From the NCBI RefSeq assembly GCF_009914755.1, contig NC_060926.1: a stretch of DNA of 64,000 nucleotides. One strand, written 5' to 3'. Below the pieces are notes generated by a model that ran no database searches, had not been told where the DNA came from, and worked only from the letters and a program-made list of their open reading frames with translations. Below are positions 62,999 to 64,000 of the stretch, piece by piece. Numbering within the stretch: position 1 is the first letter of the stretch; every line of letters starts with the position of its first letter. The stretch is from the human T2T-CHM13v2.0 reference genome, Homo sapiens. The position numbers were made by a program, and so were the translations under genes.

Positions 62999-63678
62999 TC
63001 ATGTCTTTTCCCTTCCCTCTTCCTGCTAGCTGGGAAGTAGACATGATGAAGAATCATTTGCTGAGAATTGCAGTGCAACAAAATAGAGCCTGAGTTCCTG
63101 ACATTAAAGTTCGGCATTCCATCCCTGGACAACCTACATCCCTAGACTTTTTTCAGGTAACAAAAAAACCTGTTTATTTTTACTGATTGCTGGGTTCAAT
63201 CCTGAATGGTCATTTAGAAATATGGAGAAAAATAGCAAAACAAACAGTCAAAATAGACTTAAGAAGGAGAAAACCTGAATACATCATCATAGAGGGAATA
63301 AAAGCAAGTATTATTAAGCCATCGATTATTAAGCTATTATCTCTCAGCTTCAAACACACCATTTTGTCTTCTGCGATGCTGGGGCTGGAACTCTGCAGAC
63401 TGGATTTCTTATGCCATCTGGTTCCCAATTAGACTTCCTACAGGTGATTCTAGAGGAAGACTAGAATGATGAAAGAGGAAGAAGGGCTTGCTCCTTTTTG
63501 CTTCTTTTTCCTGTCAGTGTCACTACAGCAATGGTTCTTCACCCTGGCAGTGGCACTTGGTTCCAGTTTGCAGTTTGTCCACACTACCACAGTCAATCTC
63601 ATTGTCACTCAAATACCAGCACCAGCCAGCCAGAATTTCCCTCTGAAAAATCTATTCCTGGCCGGGCACGGTGGCTCA

Positions 63679-63986
<308 letters not shown>

Positions 63987-64000
63987 TCAAGGCTCCAGTA

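Overview
Primate (almost certainly human, chr2q33.1) genomic DNA. The left third holds the last eight exons (28-35 by AOX numbering) of the aldehyde oxidase pseudogene AOX2P on the + strand. These splice to 282 uninterrupted codons with the catalytic Glu retained, but the exon-29 donor is mutated GT>AT. A repeat-rich intergenic stretch (Alu, L1, L2, MIR, MaLR LTRs, MER DNA transposons) leads to a CpG-island promoter at ~42.7-44.15 kb. The complete BZW1 (5MP2) gene follows: 11 coding exons, 1260 nt, 419 aa, with two candidate alternative first exons and tandem polyA signals. The window also has a U1 retrocopy, a U6/L1 chimeric retrocopy and a very young AluYa-type insertion. The most unusual observations are (i) a 461-bp local templated duplication dropped into the middle of an Alu with microhomology at both joints, (ii) a BZW1 start codon assembled across a splice junction in strong Kozak context, which could bypass BZW1's weak-context autoregulation, (iii) an Alu-flanked, frame-closed BZW1 exon 6-9 block, and (iv) speculative minus-strand exon relics upstream of BZW1. 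I found no convincing wholly novel system. Repeat subfamily names are from recall of consensus sequences, and repeat boundaries are approximate.
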